Part shown: piece after piece, positions 9,309-21,649 of the stretch
Numbering within the stretch: the first letter of the stretch is position 1
Layout of the letters: each line of letters opens with the position of its first letter
From: a bacterium
GTDB taxonomy: Bacteria > Desulfobacterota > Binatia > Binatales > Binataceae
Direction: 5' to 3'
Length of the DNA stretch: 64,000 bases
NCBI GenBank assembly: GCA_014896235.1
Contig: JADBKU010000028.1
Coordinates: 83,706 to 147,705 of the forward strand
Notes under the pieces: model-generated
What the model was told of the DNA's origin: nothing
Databases searched by the model: none
The model's input: only the letters and a program-made list of their open reading frames with translations
Made by a program: the position numbers and the translations under genes

Positions 9309-12300
9309 ATGTGGTTCGTTAAAACTTCGCTGAAACAGCCAATCACGATCATCGTGATGACCGTGTTGATTCTGCTCGCCGGCGCGCGCGCGACCCTCGA
9401 CACGCCCATTGACATGTTCCCCGACGTGAACATTCCGGTGGTCGCCGTGGTCTGGACGTACAACGGCTTGCTGCCCGATGAGATGTCGGCGCGGATCAAC
9501 TATTTCTTCGAGCGGATGGTAACCACGCAGGTCAACGACATCCAATCGCTTCAGTCCGAGGCGGTCATCGGCTACGGCATCATCAAGATCTTCTTTCAGC
9601 CGAGCGTGAATATCAATTTCGCCGTCGCGCAGGTGACCGCGGCGGCGCAAACGGTGCTGAAATTTCTCCCGCCCGGCACCACGCCGCCGTACGTCTTGGC
9701 GTACAACGCCACGACCGTGCCGATTCTGCAGTTAGCGATGTCGGGCAAGGGCCTGTCGCAATTCGTGCTGTTCGACTTGGGCAACAATTTTATTCGTCCG
9801 CAACTCGCCAGCGTGCCCGGCGCCGCCATTCCGCTACCCTACGGCGGTCTATGGCGGCACACCGAAGCCGACTTGAATCTGCAGGCGATGCAGGCCAACG
9901 GAGTGTCGCCCGCGGACGTGACCAACGCGCTGATGCGGCAGAACCTGATCATCCCGGCGGGTACGGAAAAAATCGGCCGCTTCGAATGGCACGTGCGGCT
10001 CAATTCGAGCCCGGTTCAAATTCAGTCGATCAACGACATGCCGATCAAGCGGGTCAATGGCACCGTTATCTACATGCGCGACATCGCCTACGTTCACGAC
10101 GGCGCGCCGCCGCAGACCAATCTGGTGCGCGTCAACGGGCGTCGCGCGGTTCTGCTTCCGGTCTTCAAATCGGGGTCTGAATCAACGCTCGCCATCGTTG
10201 CGGGCGTCAAGCGGATGGTGCCGCTGATCAAGGAGGCGATGCCGAAATCGTTGAAGATCAGGCTGTTCGGCGATCAATCGGTATTCGTGAAGGACGCGGT
10301 TGAGGTGGTTGTGCGCGAAGCGGTAATCGCGGCGGTGCTCACGGGACTGCTGGTATTGCTGTTTCTCGGCGACTGGCGCTCGACTTTGATTATCGTGATG
10401 ACGATTCCGCTGGCGGCGCTGTTTTCGGTGGTCGTGCTATCCGCGACCGGCCAGACGATCAACTCGATGACGCTGGGCGGGCTGGCGCTCGCGGTCGGCA
10501 TCCTGGTCGACGCCGCCACCGTGACGCTGGAAAACTTCAGTTACCATCTTGAGCAGGGCAAAGACATCGTCACCGCGATTCTCGACGGCGCGCAACAAAT
10601 TGTCGCGCCGTCGCTGGTTTCGCTGCTCGCGATCTGCATCGTCTTCGTGCCGATGTTCACGCTGACGGGAGTCTCGCATTATCTCTTCGTCCCGCTCGCG
10701 CTGGCCGTCATTTACGCGCTGGTCGGCGCGTTCCTGCTTTCAATCACGTTCGTGCCGATGATCGCGCGGTATTGGATGTCCGAAAGCCAGCACGGCACGC
10801 ACGATTACACGCCGATGTCGCGCAATCCGTTCGCGCGGTTTCAGCAGCGTTTCGAGCGCGGCTTCCTCAAGATGCGTGAGCGGTACCGCGCCCTGCTCGA
10901 GTTGGCCGTGGCGAACAGTTGGCGTTTCGTAGCGGGATTTGCCGTCGCTATCCTGGGTTCTCTGGTCGTTCTCACGCCATGGCTGGGCAGCAATTTTTTC
11001 CCGGACGTCGACGGTGGGGCGATCTTGATGCACGTTTCAGCGCCGACAGGCACGCGCATCGAGGATACCGCGCGGCTCTGCGATCGAATTGAACATTTCA
11101 TGCGGGAAGTGATACGCCCGCAAGATATTGCAAATATAATCGATAATATTGATATCCCATATAGTCCGATCGATATGGCGTATCAAAACACCGGCACGGT
11201 CGGGCCAGAAGACGCTGATATAATCGTCCAGGAAAATCCCGGCCATCTGTCGACGTTCGAGTATATTAAGAAGCTGCGCCGGATGCTGCCGAACCGCTTC
11301 CCGAGCGTCGTCTTTTCGTTCCTGCCCGCCGACATAGCGACACAGATACTTAATTTCGGCGCCCCCGCACCAATCGACGTGCAAGTCACGGGTCCCGACC
11401 GTATGGCGACCTATGCGTATGCTGTCAAGCTCGAAAAGAAAATCGTGCACGTGCCGGGAACCGCCGACGTCCATATTTTCCAGCGGTTCAACTATCCGAT
11501 GCTCAAAATCGACGTTAACCGAAGCCTCGCCCAGATGGTCGGGCTGACCCAGGCCGACGTCGCGCGCGGCTTGCTCGAAGAGCTTTCGGGCAGTTTCCAG
11601 TTGCGTCCGAACTTCTGGCTGGACTGGAAAACTGGCGTCTCCTATCCGCTGCAAACGATGATGCCGCAGTATCGAATCGACACGCTGGCCGATTTGTACA
11701 ACATGCCAATCACCAATCCGGACGCCGCCGCTAACAAATTGGCGCCGCAGAGCATTACATCGATAACCGGCGGAGCGACCGCCTTCCCAGGCGGAACCGC
11801 AGTAAAAATGGGGCCCGGCCACACCACTCCCGAAGTCCTCGGCGCAGTGGCCACGATCCGGCCGGCGCCGTCGCCGTCGGTTGTTTCGCATTACGACGCC
11901 CAACCGGTCATCGACATTTACGTCAATCGCCAGGATCGCGACCTGGGATCGATCAACAAGGACATCCATCGCATTATCGACGCGGCCGCGTCGTCGCGGC
12001 CGCCCGGCTCGCAGATTTTCGTGCGCGGCCAGGTTACGATCATGGCGACGGCGTATCGGGAACTCTTCGCCGGTCTCGCCGTGTCCGCGCTGCTGGTATA
12101 TCTGCTGATTACCGTAAATTTTCAGGGCTGGCTCGATCCCTTCGTCGTTATCGCGGGCTTGCCCGCGGCTCTTGCCGGAATCGTCTGGATTCTCTTCCTG
12201 ACACACACGACGCTCTCCGTTCCGGCGCTGATCGGCTCGATCATGTGCATCGGCATCGCCAGCGCCAATAGCATCCTGGTGATCAGTTTCGCCCGCGAAC

Positions 12301-12572
12301 GGCTCGCGGCGGGCGCGAGCGCGGCGCAGGCGGCGATCGAGGCCGGGTTCACGCGCATACGCCCGGTGCTGATCACCGCGGGCGCGATGATCATCGGGAT
12401 GCTGCCGACGGCTTTGAGCGCGGAGCAAAACGCTCCGCTCGGCCGCGCGGTGGTGGGCGGTTTGACGATCGCGACCATTTCAACCCTGTTTTTCGTTCCG
12501 GTCGTCTTCAGCATGGTCCACCGTGAGAATCGCGGCGAACCCGCGTCTGAAGCGAACGGATCAAGTCATTGA
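9309..12572 (+). CDS. RND efflux transporter permease subunit (AcrB/CzcA family)
   Basis: 1087 aa, 12-TM RND topology with two large periplasmic loops, conserved RND TM4/TM10 regions. Confidence 0.8.
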   Translation: MWFVKTSLKQPITIIVMTVLILLAGARATLDTPIDMFPDVNIPVVAVVWTYNGLLPDEMSARINYFFERMVTTQVNDIQSLQSEAVIGYGIIKIFFQPSVNINFAVAQVTAAAQTVLKFLPPGTTPPYVLAYNATTVPILQLAMSGKGLSQFVLFDLGNNFIRPQLASVPGAAIPLPYGGLWRHTEADLNLQAMQANGVSPADVTNALMRQNLIIPAGTEKIGRFEWHVRLNSSPVQIQSINDMPIKRVNGTVIYMRDIAYVHDGAPPQTNLVRVNGRRAVLLPVFKSGSESTLAIVAGVKRMVPLIKEAMPKSLKIRLFGDQSVFVKDAVEVVVREAVIAAVLTGLLVLLFLGDWRSTLIIVMTIPLAALFSVVVLSATGQTINSMTLGGLALAVGILVDAATVTLENFSYHLEQGKDIVTAILDGAQQIVAPSLVSLLAICIVFVPMFTLTGVSHYLFVPLALAVIYALVGAFLLSITFVPMIARYWMSESQHGTHDYTPMSRNPFARFQQRFERGFLKMRERYRALLELAVANSWRFVAGFAVAILGSLVVLTPWLGSNFFPDVDGGAILMHVSAPTGTRIEDTARLCDRIEHFMREVIRPQDIANIIDNIDIPYSPIDMAYQNTGTVGPEDADIIVQENPGHLSTFEYIKKLRRMLPNRFPSVVFSFLPADIATQILNFGAPAPIDVQVTGPDRMATYAYAVKLEKKIVHVPGTADVHIFQRFNYPMLKIDVNRSLAQMVGLTQADVARGLLEELSGSFQLRPNFWLDWKTGVSYPLQTMMPQYRIDTLADLYNMPITNPDAAANKLAPQSITSITGGATAFPGGTAVKMGPGHTTPEVLGAVATIRPAPSPSVVSHYDAQPVIDIYVNRQDRDLGSINKDIHRIIDAAASSRPPGSQIFVRGQVTIMATAYRELFAGLAVSALLVYLLITVNFQGWLDPFVVIAGLPAALAGIVWILFLTHTTLSVPALIGSIMCIGIASANSILVISFARERLAAGASAAQAAIEAGFTRIRPVLITAGAMIIGMLPTALSAEQNAPLGRAVVGGLTIATISTLFFVPVVFSMVHRENRGEPASEANGSSH

Positions 12573-12584
12573 GGAACACGAACC

Positions 12585-13883
12585 ATGTATTCATTTTCAC
12601 GGCCACAGACATATTTGATGAACCGCAACAACATGGATGCGCCTGATGGAGAGGAAAAACATCTCGACGACAAGCAGCTCCGCAAGCTCAAACAGTATGG
12701 AGCAATCGGACTTGGAATCGCGATCATTCTTGCCGTGGCGGGTATAATTTCGCGGCGCCACGCGGCTTCCCAACTCGCCATCCAGACCAACGCCGCCGCG
12801 ATCCCGACGGTCGCGACCATCCAGCCGGTAGTGGCCGCCGTGACTCCTAATCTGGTGCTGCCCGGAGACGTCGAACCCTGGTATTGGGCGCCGATCTACG
12901 GACAGGTCAGCGGCTATGTGAAGGCGTGGTACAAAGATATTGGCGCGCGCGTGAAAAAAGGCGATCTCCTCGCTGTGATCGACACGCCGGAACTCGACGC
13001 GCACGTCCTGCAAGCGAAAGCCCTGCTCGCCAAGGCGCGGGCCAACCAGAAACTGGCCGAAGTCACTTCGCAGCGCTGGAACGCGCTTTGGCGGAAAGGC
13101 CTCGGACAGCGATTCGAGCCGGTTTCCCGGCAATCGACAGATGTCACCGACTACGACTTGATGGCGGCGCAAGCGCAAACTCGGGCGGCGCAGGGCGAGC
13201 TCGATCGGCTCGAGGCGCTGGAAAAATTCAAATATCTCGTCGCGCCGTTCGACGGCGTCGTCACCGCGCGCCGCACCGACGTCGGCGCCTTCGTCAAAGC
13301 AAATGGAGTGTCGAACCAGCCCGAAATGTTCGAAGTCGCCGATACCCATATGATGCGGGTCTATGTGCGCGTGCCGCAGATGTATGCGCCGGAAATCCAT
13401 GTTGGCATGAAGGCGGTATTGCGCGTCCCGGGAATGCCCGGCGTCGAATTTCCAGCCACCGTCAATACGACCTCGAACGCGATCAATATTGATTCGCGGA
13501 CGCTGCTGGTCGAATTGTGGGCGCCAAATCCGAAAGGCGAGCTTGAACCGGGCACCTATGCGGACGTCTATTTCAAGCTGGCGCCGCGCCCCGACTCGGT
13601 CGAAATTCCCAGCAGCGCGTTGATCTTCCAAGACCACGGCCTGCAGGTCGCCGTCGTCGGCCCCGACGATCGCGCGCATCTCAAAAACGTAACCATCGGC
13701 AAGGACTTGGGAGCGAACGTGATCGTGACCTCCGGCCTCACCGCCGCCGACCGCGTAATCGACAGTCCGCCCGACGCTCTTGATAACGGCGACCTCGTGC
13801 GCGTGGTTGGAACGCACGGCGTCTTTCCGGGGCTTGAGAGCCGCCAGAACCGCGTACAACGCGTTTCCTACTCCAGCAAATGA
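12585..13883 (+). CDS. RND efflux periplasmic adaptor (membrane fusion protein, HlyD/AcrA-like)
   Basis: N-terminal TM anchor, biotinyl/lipoyl-like hairpin (GQVSGYVKAWYKDIGARVKKGDLLAVIDTPELD), coiled-coil and beta-barrel segments. GAGGAA SD upstream. Confidence 0.7.
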   Translation: MYSFSRPQTYLMNRNNMDAPDGEEKHLDDKQLRKLKQYGAIGLGIAIILAVAGIISRRHAASQLAIQTNAAAIPTVATIQPVVAAVTPNLVLPGDVEPWYWAPIYGQVSGYVKAWYKDIGARVKKGDLLAVIDTPELDAHVLQAKALLAKARANQKLAEVTSQRWNALWRKGLGQRFEPVSRQSTDVTDYDLMAAQAQTRAAQGELDRLEALEKFKYLVAPFDGVVTARRTDVGAFVKANGVSNQPEMFEVADTHMMRVYVRVPQMYAPEIHVGMKAVLRVPGMPGVEFPATVNTTSNAINIDSRTLLVELWAPNPKGELEPGTYADVYFKLAPRPDSVEIPSSALIFQDHGLQVAVVGPDDRAHLKNVTIGKDLGANVIVTSGLTAADRVIDSPPDALDNGDLVRVVGTHGVFPGLESRQNRVQRVSYSSK

Positions 13884-15379
13884 AGCGGCGCGTTTTGATG
13901 CTCGCGGCCGGCGCAATATGCCTGTTCAGCGCCTGCAACCTCGCTCCACGCTATCATTCTCCAGCCGCGACTCTGGGCGTCCTTCCCGCCAGCTATAAAG
14001 AAGGCGGCCCGTGGCAGCCCGCGACGCCGGGCGACGCCCTGCCGCGCGGTCCGTGGTGGCAAATGTACCACGATCCGGAACTGAATCAATTGGAAACCGA
14101 TCTGCTCGCCGCAAACCCAACGCTCGCCGCCGCATTGGCGAACTACGACGCGTACAAAGATCGCGCGCTCGAACTGAACGCCTATCTGTTCCCGTTCGTG
14201 ACCGCCAATGGATTATCCACTCCAAGCGCGACCACGTTGGGACCGCCGATCGGCACGCCGTACCAGATGACCTATTTCGGCAACGCCACGGCGTTCGCCG
14301 AGATCCATTACGAAGTCGACCTCTGGGATCAGATTCACAATTCGATCGCGGCCGGCGTATTCACGGCGCAGGCCGCGGCGGCGGACCTTGCATCGGCGCA
14401 ACTGAGTCTGGAGGCGGCGCTCGCTAGTTCCTACCTCACGCTGCGCGAACTCGACGACGATGTGAATCTGCTCGTCGAAACCGTCGACGTTTACCAGGCG
14501 TATCTTCAGGTCGTTGATGAACGTTATGGCGGACAGATTGCTTCCGGCCTCGAAGTGGCGCAAGCCCGCTATCAACTTGAAGCGGCGCAGGCCCAGGAAT
14601 CCGGCATCCGCGCGCAGCGGGCGGTGTACGAACATATGATCGCAGCGCTGGTCGGCCGGCCGGCCTCAGGGTTTACAATCGCGCCGAAAGTGATGGATAT
14701 CGCCGTGCCGGTGGTTCCCACCAGCGTGCCGTCGGCCCTGTTGCAACGCCGGCCGGATATCGCGGCGGCCGAACGGCGCGTCGCGGCCGCCAACGCCGAA
14801 ATCGGCGTCGCGCGCGCGGCGTTTTATCCGAACCTTTCGATTAACAATATCGTCGGTAGTTTCGGCGCGACCGGCGGCGCCGCTCTAGCCGCTCCTTTCA
14901 GCTTCTGGTCGCTTGGGCCGTCGTTGGCGATGCCGTTGTTCGAGGGCGGTCTGTTGCACGCCCAGTTGGCGCAGACCGTGGCGCAGTGGCGCGAAACTGT
15001 CGAAAACTATCGCGCCGTCGTGCTGCGGGCGTTCCGCCAAGTCGAAGACGGCCTGTCGAACGTCAATCTACTCTCGCAGGAATATCAGCAGCAGCAGAAC
15101 GCAGTTGACGACGCGGTGCGCGCGGAACAGTTGGCGTTTCAACTTTATCTGCTCGGCGCCAAAAATTACCTCGAACCACTGGTCGATCAGGCGACGGCGC
15201 TCGCGGCGGAGCAACAAGAAATAAACATCAAGGAAGCGTTGCTGCAATCCAGCGTCAATCTGATTCGCGCGCTGGGCGGCGGATGGACCACCGATGAATT
15301 GCCAAGCCGGCCGAAAGTCCTGGTGCTTACCGCGACCAGTCCGCAGGTTCCGCGTCAAACTTCGGCTCATCGATCATGA
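13880..15379 (+). CDS. Efflux outer-membrane factor lipoprotein (NodT/TolC family)
   Basis: Lipoprotein signal (LFSAC). WWQMYHDPELNQL is the NodT-family signature region. ATGA overlap with the adaptor gene. Confidence 0.7.
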   Translation: MKRRVLMLAAGAICLFSACNLAPRYHSPAATLGVLPASYKEGGPWQPATPGDALPRGPWWQMYHDPELNQLETDLLAANPTLAAALANYDAYKDRALELNAYLFPFVTANGLSTPSATTLGPPIGTPYQMTYFGNATAFAEIHYEVDLWDQIHNSIAAGVFTAQAAAADLASAQLSLEAALASSYLTLRELDDDVNLLVETVDVYQAYLQVVDERYGGQIASGLEVAQARYQLEAAQAQESGIRAQRAVYEHMIAALVGRPASGFTIAPKVMDIAVPVVPTSVPSALLQRRPDIAAAERRVAAANAEIGVARAAFYPNLSINNIVGSFGATGGAALAAPFSFWSLGPSLAMPLFEGGLLHAQLAQTVAQWRETVENYRAVVLRAFRQVEDGLSNVNLLSQEYQQQQNAVDDAVRAEQLAFQLYLLGAKNYLEPLVDQATALAAEQQEINIKEALLQSSVNLIRALGGGWTTDELPSRPKVLVLTATSPQVPRQTSAHRS

Positions 15380-15586
15380 TCGCTATCGATCGGCGCTTCC
15401 AGCGATTTTGCTGAAAGCGGTCGCGAGTTGAGTTGCGGTCATGAATATGCGCCCGATCCGGCGCGATTCTTCCCGCGCCGGATTTTGGCGCTCCGCGGGT
15501 TGGACATCTGGTTCAGCGCCGCGTTAGGATTTCCGCCGCAGGCGCGGCCTGACCATTGCCGCAATCGGCGCCGGAGGTGTCCCGCG

Positions 15587-15952
15587 ATGGCGAAATACAC
15601 ATTTGTCGTTCTGACCAATCCAACGCCCGGAAAAGAGGCGGAGTACAACGAATGGTACAATCGACAGCATATTCCGGACGTGCTGAATGTTCCCGGTTTC
15701 GTGCGCGCCCAGCGCTTCAAGCTGGCGGACGCCCAGATGGGCAAATCGAATCCGTATAAATATCTGGCGCTCTACGAGATCGAAACCGACGACCTCGCCG
15801 GCGCGCTTGCGGAATTGAAGGCGCGCAACGGCACGGCCGACATGATCATGAGCGACGCGATCGACCTGAAAAACGTCGGTGCGTATATTTTCGCGCCGGT
15901 CGCGGAGATGGTCGAAGCCAAGGACGTTCGCCGGCCCCGGCGCGCGGCCTGA
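15587..15952 (+). CDS. Small dimeric alpha+beta-barrel-like protein (EthD/Dabb-like), hypothetical
   Basis: 121 aa from an internal ATG with GGAGGTG SD. The MAKYTFVVLTNPTPGKEAEYNEWYNRQHIPDV pattern resembles EthD/Dabb-type stress proteins. Weak call. Confidence 0.4.
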   Translation: MAKYTFVVLTNPTPGKEAEYNEWYNRQHIPDVLNVPGFVRAQRFKLADAQMGKSNPYKYLALYEIETDDLAGALAELKARNGTADMIMSDAIDLKNVGAYIFAPVAEMVEAKDVRRPRRAA

Positions 15953-16080
15953 CCGGCGGCGGCGACGCGGGCCTGTCGGTCCGTCGCGCCGTCCGCAATT
16001 CTCCCGGCTCACGCGTTCGGAAGACCGCGGATTCTCTTTCGCACGCGCCCGATTCCTGCTTTTCTGATGGCGGTGCGTAA

Positions 16081-18365
<2,285 letters not shown>

Positions 18366-18381
18366 CGCGCATCTGCGGCGG

Positions 18382-19149
18382 ATGCTTTTCCCCGACGGCG
18401 CACGCCTCGCGATGCTCGCAATGCATCCCACCGCCGAGCGGATGCCGGAATCGTCGCTTTCGCGAATGATCAGCTGGTGTATCGAGGAATTCGGCGCGGG
18501 CGCGATTGGATGCGTCGCGACGCGGCAAGGGGTCGACGCCGCGGGCGCGGCGGCTTTTCTGGCCGGAACCGCCGCGCGCCGCGAGCCGGTATGCGTCCTC
18601 GGCACGACCGCGTCATTCGCGGCGCTGTTCGAGCGTCTGCGCGCGGACGGATCGCCGATTCGGCTGGCGGCGGGATCGCGAATCATGGACACGGGCGGCG
18701 CCAAGGGACAGGCCGCGCCGCTCAGCGCCGCCGCCGTGGTCGAAGCGGCGGGCGAACTGCTCGGCGTGGCGCCCGCGCTCGCGATCAACGAATACGGGAT
18801 GACTGAAATGTGCTCGCAGCTTTACGATGCGACGCCGTTCAACCGCCCCGGCGCGGCGGGAACGCCCGGCGCGCGAATGAAACTCGCACCGCCATGGCTC
18901 AAGCCGGTCGCGCTCGATCCGGTAACGATGCGCCCGCTGACGGCGGACGCCGTGGGAATGCTCGCGTTTTTCGATCTGGCCAATGTCGGTTCGATTTCGG
19001 CGCTGATGACCGAAGATTTCGGCGTCGTGCGGGGCGATGCGGTCGCGATTCTGGGCCGTGCGGCGGCGGGCGGGGCGCGCGGCTGCGCGCTCGCGATCGA
19101 TGAATTCGCGGAACGGGAACTCGCGCGCGTGACGGCGCATCGGCAATGA
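18382..19149 (+). CDS. LuxE/PaaK-like adenylate-forming (acyl-protein synthetase-like) protein, possibly N-terminally truncated
   Basis: 255 aa. P-loop-like IMDTGGAKGQ and ANL A5-like INEYGMTEMCSQLY. Shorter than typical LuxE (~370 aa). The stop overlaps the start of the LuxC-like gene (ATGA). Confidence 0.4.
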   Translation: MLFPDGARLAMLAMHPTAERMPESSLSRMISWCIEEFGAGAIGCVATRQGVDAAGAAAFLAGTAARREPVCVLGTTASFAALFERLRADGSPIRLAAGSRIMDTGGAKGQAAPLSAAAVVEAAGELLGVAPALAINEYGMTEMCSQLYDATPFNRPGAAGTPGARMKLAPPWLKPVALDPVTMRPLTADAVGMLAFFDLANVGSISALMTEDFGVVRGDAVAILGRAAAGGARGCALAIDEFAERELARVTAHRQ

Positions 19150-20435
19150 ACGGCGCTGAAGAAACGACGCCGGCGGCGCGGCGCGGCGCGAATCTCGACG
19201 GACGAGATATCGAAGCGCGAGCCGCGGAAGTGCGCGGCGCGCTGCGATCGCCGCTTGCGCCGGCGCGAATCGCGCGTGCGCTCGCGGCGGCGCTCGGCGC
19301 CTGGCGCGATCGCGCTTTCGCGACGCGCCGCCGCATCGTCGCCGCGATCGCCCAGGCGTGGGGATGGAGCGAAGCGCTGCTCGACGAATCGTTCGACGCG
19401 CTGTTCGCGCCTTTTGATTCGGAGTCGATCCGCGACTTCGCGCGGACGGCGGCCACCGCAAACGAATTAATCGGCATCGTGATGCCGGGCAATGTTCCCG
19501 GCGCCGGAATGCATGAGGTCGTCGCGGCGCTGCTCTCCGGACGCGGCTTGATCCTCAAGACGGCGAGCCCCGAACCGTTGACGTTCGCGGCGTTCGCGGA
19601 GACCTTGCGCGAGACGGACGCGGCCGTTGGCGAACGAATCGCCGTGATGAACTGGAGCCGCGAAAATCATGCGGCGAGCGCGGCGCTCGGACGCGCATGC
19701 GATTGGATCGCCGCTTTCGGCGACGATTCCACGCTCGCCGATCTGGGCCGAATCACGTCCAGCGGCCAAACCACCCGGACTCTGGCGGGCTTTGGCGCCC
19801 GGCACAGCGGCGTGGTCGTCGCCGGCCCCGATTGGACGATTGACGGCGACGAACTGGCCAACGCGATCGCGCGCGATGTCGTATTGTTCGAACAGCAAGG
19901 CTGCCTCTCGCCTCATCAGGTGATGATTGAAGCGAAGGAAGTCGCCACGGCGCGGGATTTTGTGCGGCGGCTCGCCATGGCGCTGGAACGCTGGGCGGCG
20001 CGGACGCCTCCGCCATCGCGGTTGGATTTGGAGGCTGCCGCCGCAGTGAGACGGATGCGCGAAAGCGCACGCTGGCGGATGCTGGGCGGCGACGCGGGCG
20101 TCGAATTGCTGGAGGGTGGCGGATGGGGTGAGCCGCATCGATGGACCGTCGTCTTCGACGATCGCGCCGAGTTCACGCTATCGCCAGGCTTTCGCGCGCT
20201 GACGGTCGCTCGCTACGCGAACGATAACGAATTGTACGATCGGTTAAGCCGCTTTTCAGGCCGTTTCGAGGCTTTTGCGCTCGCGGCGCCGCCGGCGCGT
20301 TGGAACGATCCGCACCAAATCCTGAAGCGTCTCGGCGCCACCTACATTTGCAAGCCGGGCGCGATGCAATCGCCGCCGCTGGATTGGCGGCATGGCGGCG
20401 GCGTCTTTCTCGAGCGGCTGAGACCTTCGCCATGA
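19146..20435 (+). CDS. LuxC-like acyl-CoA/acyl-protein reductase (aldehyde-forming, ALDH superfamily)
   Basis: 429 aa. IVMPGNVPG motif, ALDH-type catalytic Cys context FEQQGCLSPHQ. Size and layout as PF05893-type reductases. Confidence 0.55.
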   Translation: MNGAEETTPAARRGANLDGRDIEARAAEVRGALRSPLAPARIARALAAALGAWRDRAFATRRRIVAAIAQAWGWSEALLDESFDALFAPFDSESIRDFARTAATANELIGIVMPGNVPGAGMHEVVAALLSGRGLILKTASPEPLTFAAFAETLRETDAAVGERIAVMNWSRENHAASAALGRACDWIAAFGDDSTLADLGRITSSGQTTRTLAGFGARHSGVVVAGPDWTIDGDELANAIARDVVLFEQQGCLSPHQVMIEAKEVATARDFVRRLAMALERWAARTPPPSRLDLEAAAAVRRMRESARWRMLGGDAGVELLEGGGWGEPHRWTVVFDDRAEFTLSPGFRALTVARYANDNELYDRLSRFSGRFEAFALAAPPARWNDPHQILKRLGATYICKPGAMQSPPLDWRHGGGVFLERLRPSP

Positions 20436-21637
20436 GCCGCGCGCGCGACGCCTTCCTGCGCCATCTGGCGCAAACCTCCGACGCGCCGATCGGCCTGGAA
20501 ATCGAACGGGCCGAAGGATGCTGGCTTTATTGCGCCGATGGCCGCCGTTATCTCGACCTGATCGCGGGAATCGGCGTGAGCGCGCTGGGACATGGAAATC
20601 CCGCCGTGCTCGCGGCGATCGCGCGGCAATCGCGCCGCCATCTGCATGCGATGGTTTACGGCGAGTACGTAATCGAAGCGCAAGCGGAATATGCGGCGCG
20701 GCTCGCGGAAGCGCTGCCGCGGACGCTGTCCCGCGTTTATTTCACCAACAGCGGCGCGGAAGCGATCGAGGGCGCGCTCAAGGCCGCGCGCAAATTCACC
20801 GGCCGCGCCACCTTCGTTTCGTTCGACGGCGCGTATCACGGCGACACGATGGCGGCGTTGGCGTTGATGGGCAACGAGACTTTTCGCGCGCCGTTTGAAC
20901 CGCTGCCTGGTCCGGTGCGGCGTTTGCCTTTCGGCGACAGCGGCGCGCTCGAATCGATCGATGAAAGCGTCGCGGCCGTGGTGATCGAACCAATCCAGGC
21001 GGAGGGCGGCGTCAGAATTCCATCTCGCGAATTCATGCTGGCGCTGCGCGAACGATGTTCGCGCGTCGGAGCGCTGCTGGTTTTCGACGAGGTGCTGACC
21101 GGGTTGGGACGCACCGGGCGGCTGTTCGCGATGGAACATTTCGGCGTCAGGCCCGATCTGATCGTGCTGGCCAAAGCGCTGGGCGGCGGAATGCCGCTCG
21201 GGGCGTTTTGCGGCAGCGATGAAATTCTCGGACGGCTGGCGCACGATCCGCCGCTCGGCCATATCACCACCTTCGGCGGCCATCCGGTCTCCTGCGCCGC
21301 CGGCCGCGCCGCCTTCGATCAGATTTTGTCCAATCGATTGTGGGAAACCGCCGATACATCCGGAGCGGCGTTCCGCTCGCGCCTCGAGCAGATGATCGGC
21401 CGTCAAATCCTGGCGGTGCGCGGACTCGGGTTATTAATCGGAATCGAGTTCGCGCGGGCGGCCTCAGCGCATCGCTTCGTCGCCGAAACGATCGCTCGGG
21501 GCGTCGTGATCAATTGGACGCTTAATTCTGACCGCGTGGTCAGGCTTGCTCCGCCTCTAACGATATCCGCACTGGAACTGGATTTTGCCTTCGACGCGAT
21601 GAACCACGCCCTTGAAGCAATAGCGCCGGACGGGTAG
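20432..21637 (+). CDS. Class III (omega) aminotransferase, ArgD/acetylornithine-AT-like
   Basis: Class III fold-I motifs: GVSALGHGNPAV, VFDEVLTGLGRTGRLFAMEHFGVRPDLIVLAKALGGGMPLGAF (PLP lysine in AKALGGG), TFGGHPVSCAAG. ATGA overlap with the LuxC-like gene. Confidence 0.7.
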   Translation: MSRARDAFLRHLAQTSDAPIGLEIERAEGCWLYCADGRRYLDLIAGIGVSALGHGNPAVLAAIARQSRRHLHAMVYGEYVIEAQAEYAARLAEALPRTLSRVYFTNSGAEAIEGALKAARKFTGRATFVSFDGAYHGDTMAALALMGNETFRAPFEPLPGPVRRLPFGDSGALESIDESVAAVVIEPIQAEGGVRIPSREFMLALRERCSRVGALLVFDEVLTGLGRTGRLFAMEHFGVRPDLIVLAKALGGGMPLGAFCGSDEILGRLAHDPPLGHITTFGGHPVSCAAGRAAFDQILSNRLWETADTSGAAFRSRLEQMIGRQILAVRGLGLLIGIEFARAASAHRFVAETIARGVVINWTLNSDRVVRLAPPLTISALELDFAFDAMNHALEAIAPDG

Positions 21638-21649
21638 GGATTAAACATC

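Noticed and set aside
11037-12428. 463-aa antisense ORF within the RND permease gene
   Set aside because: Antisense to a gene with unmistakable RND conservation. Arg-rich and Asp-rich low-complexity translation.
12597-13916. 439-aa antisense ORF covering the RND adaptor gene
   Set aside because: Same reasoning. The sense frame has lipoyl-hairpin, coiled-coil and beta-barrel MFP features.
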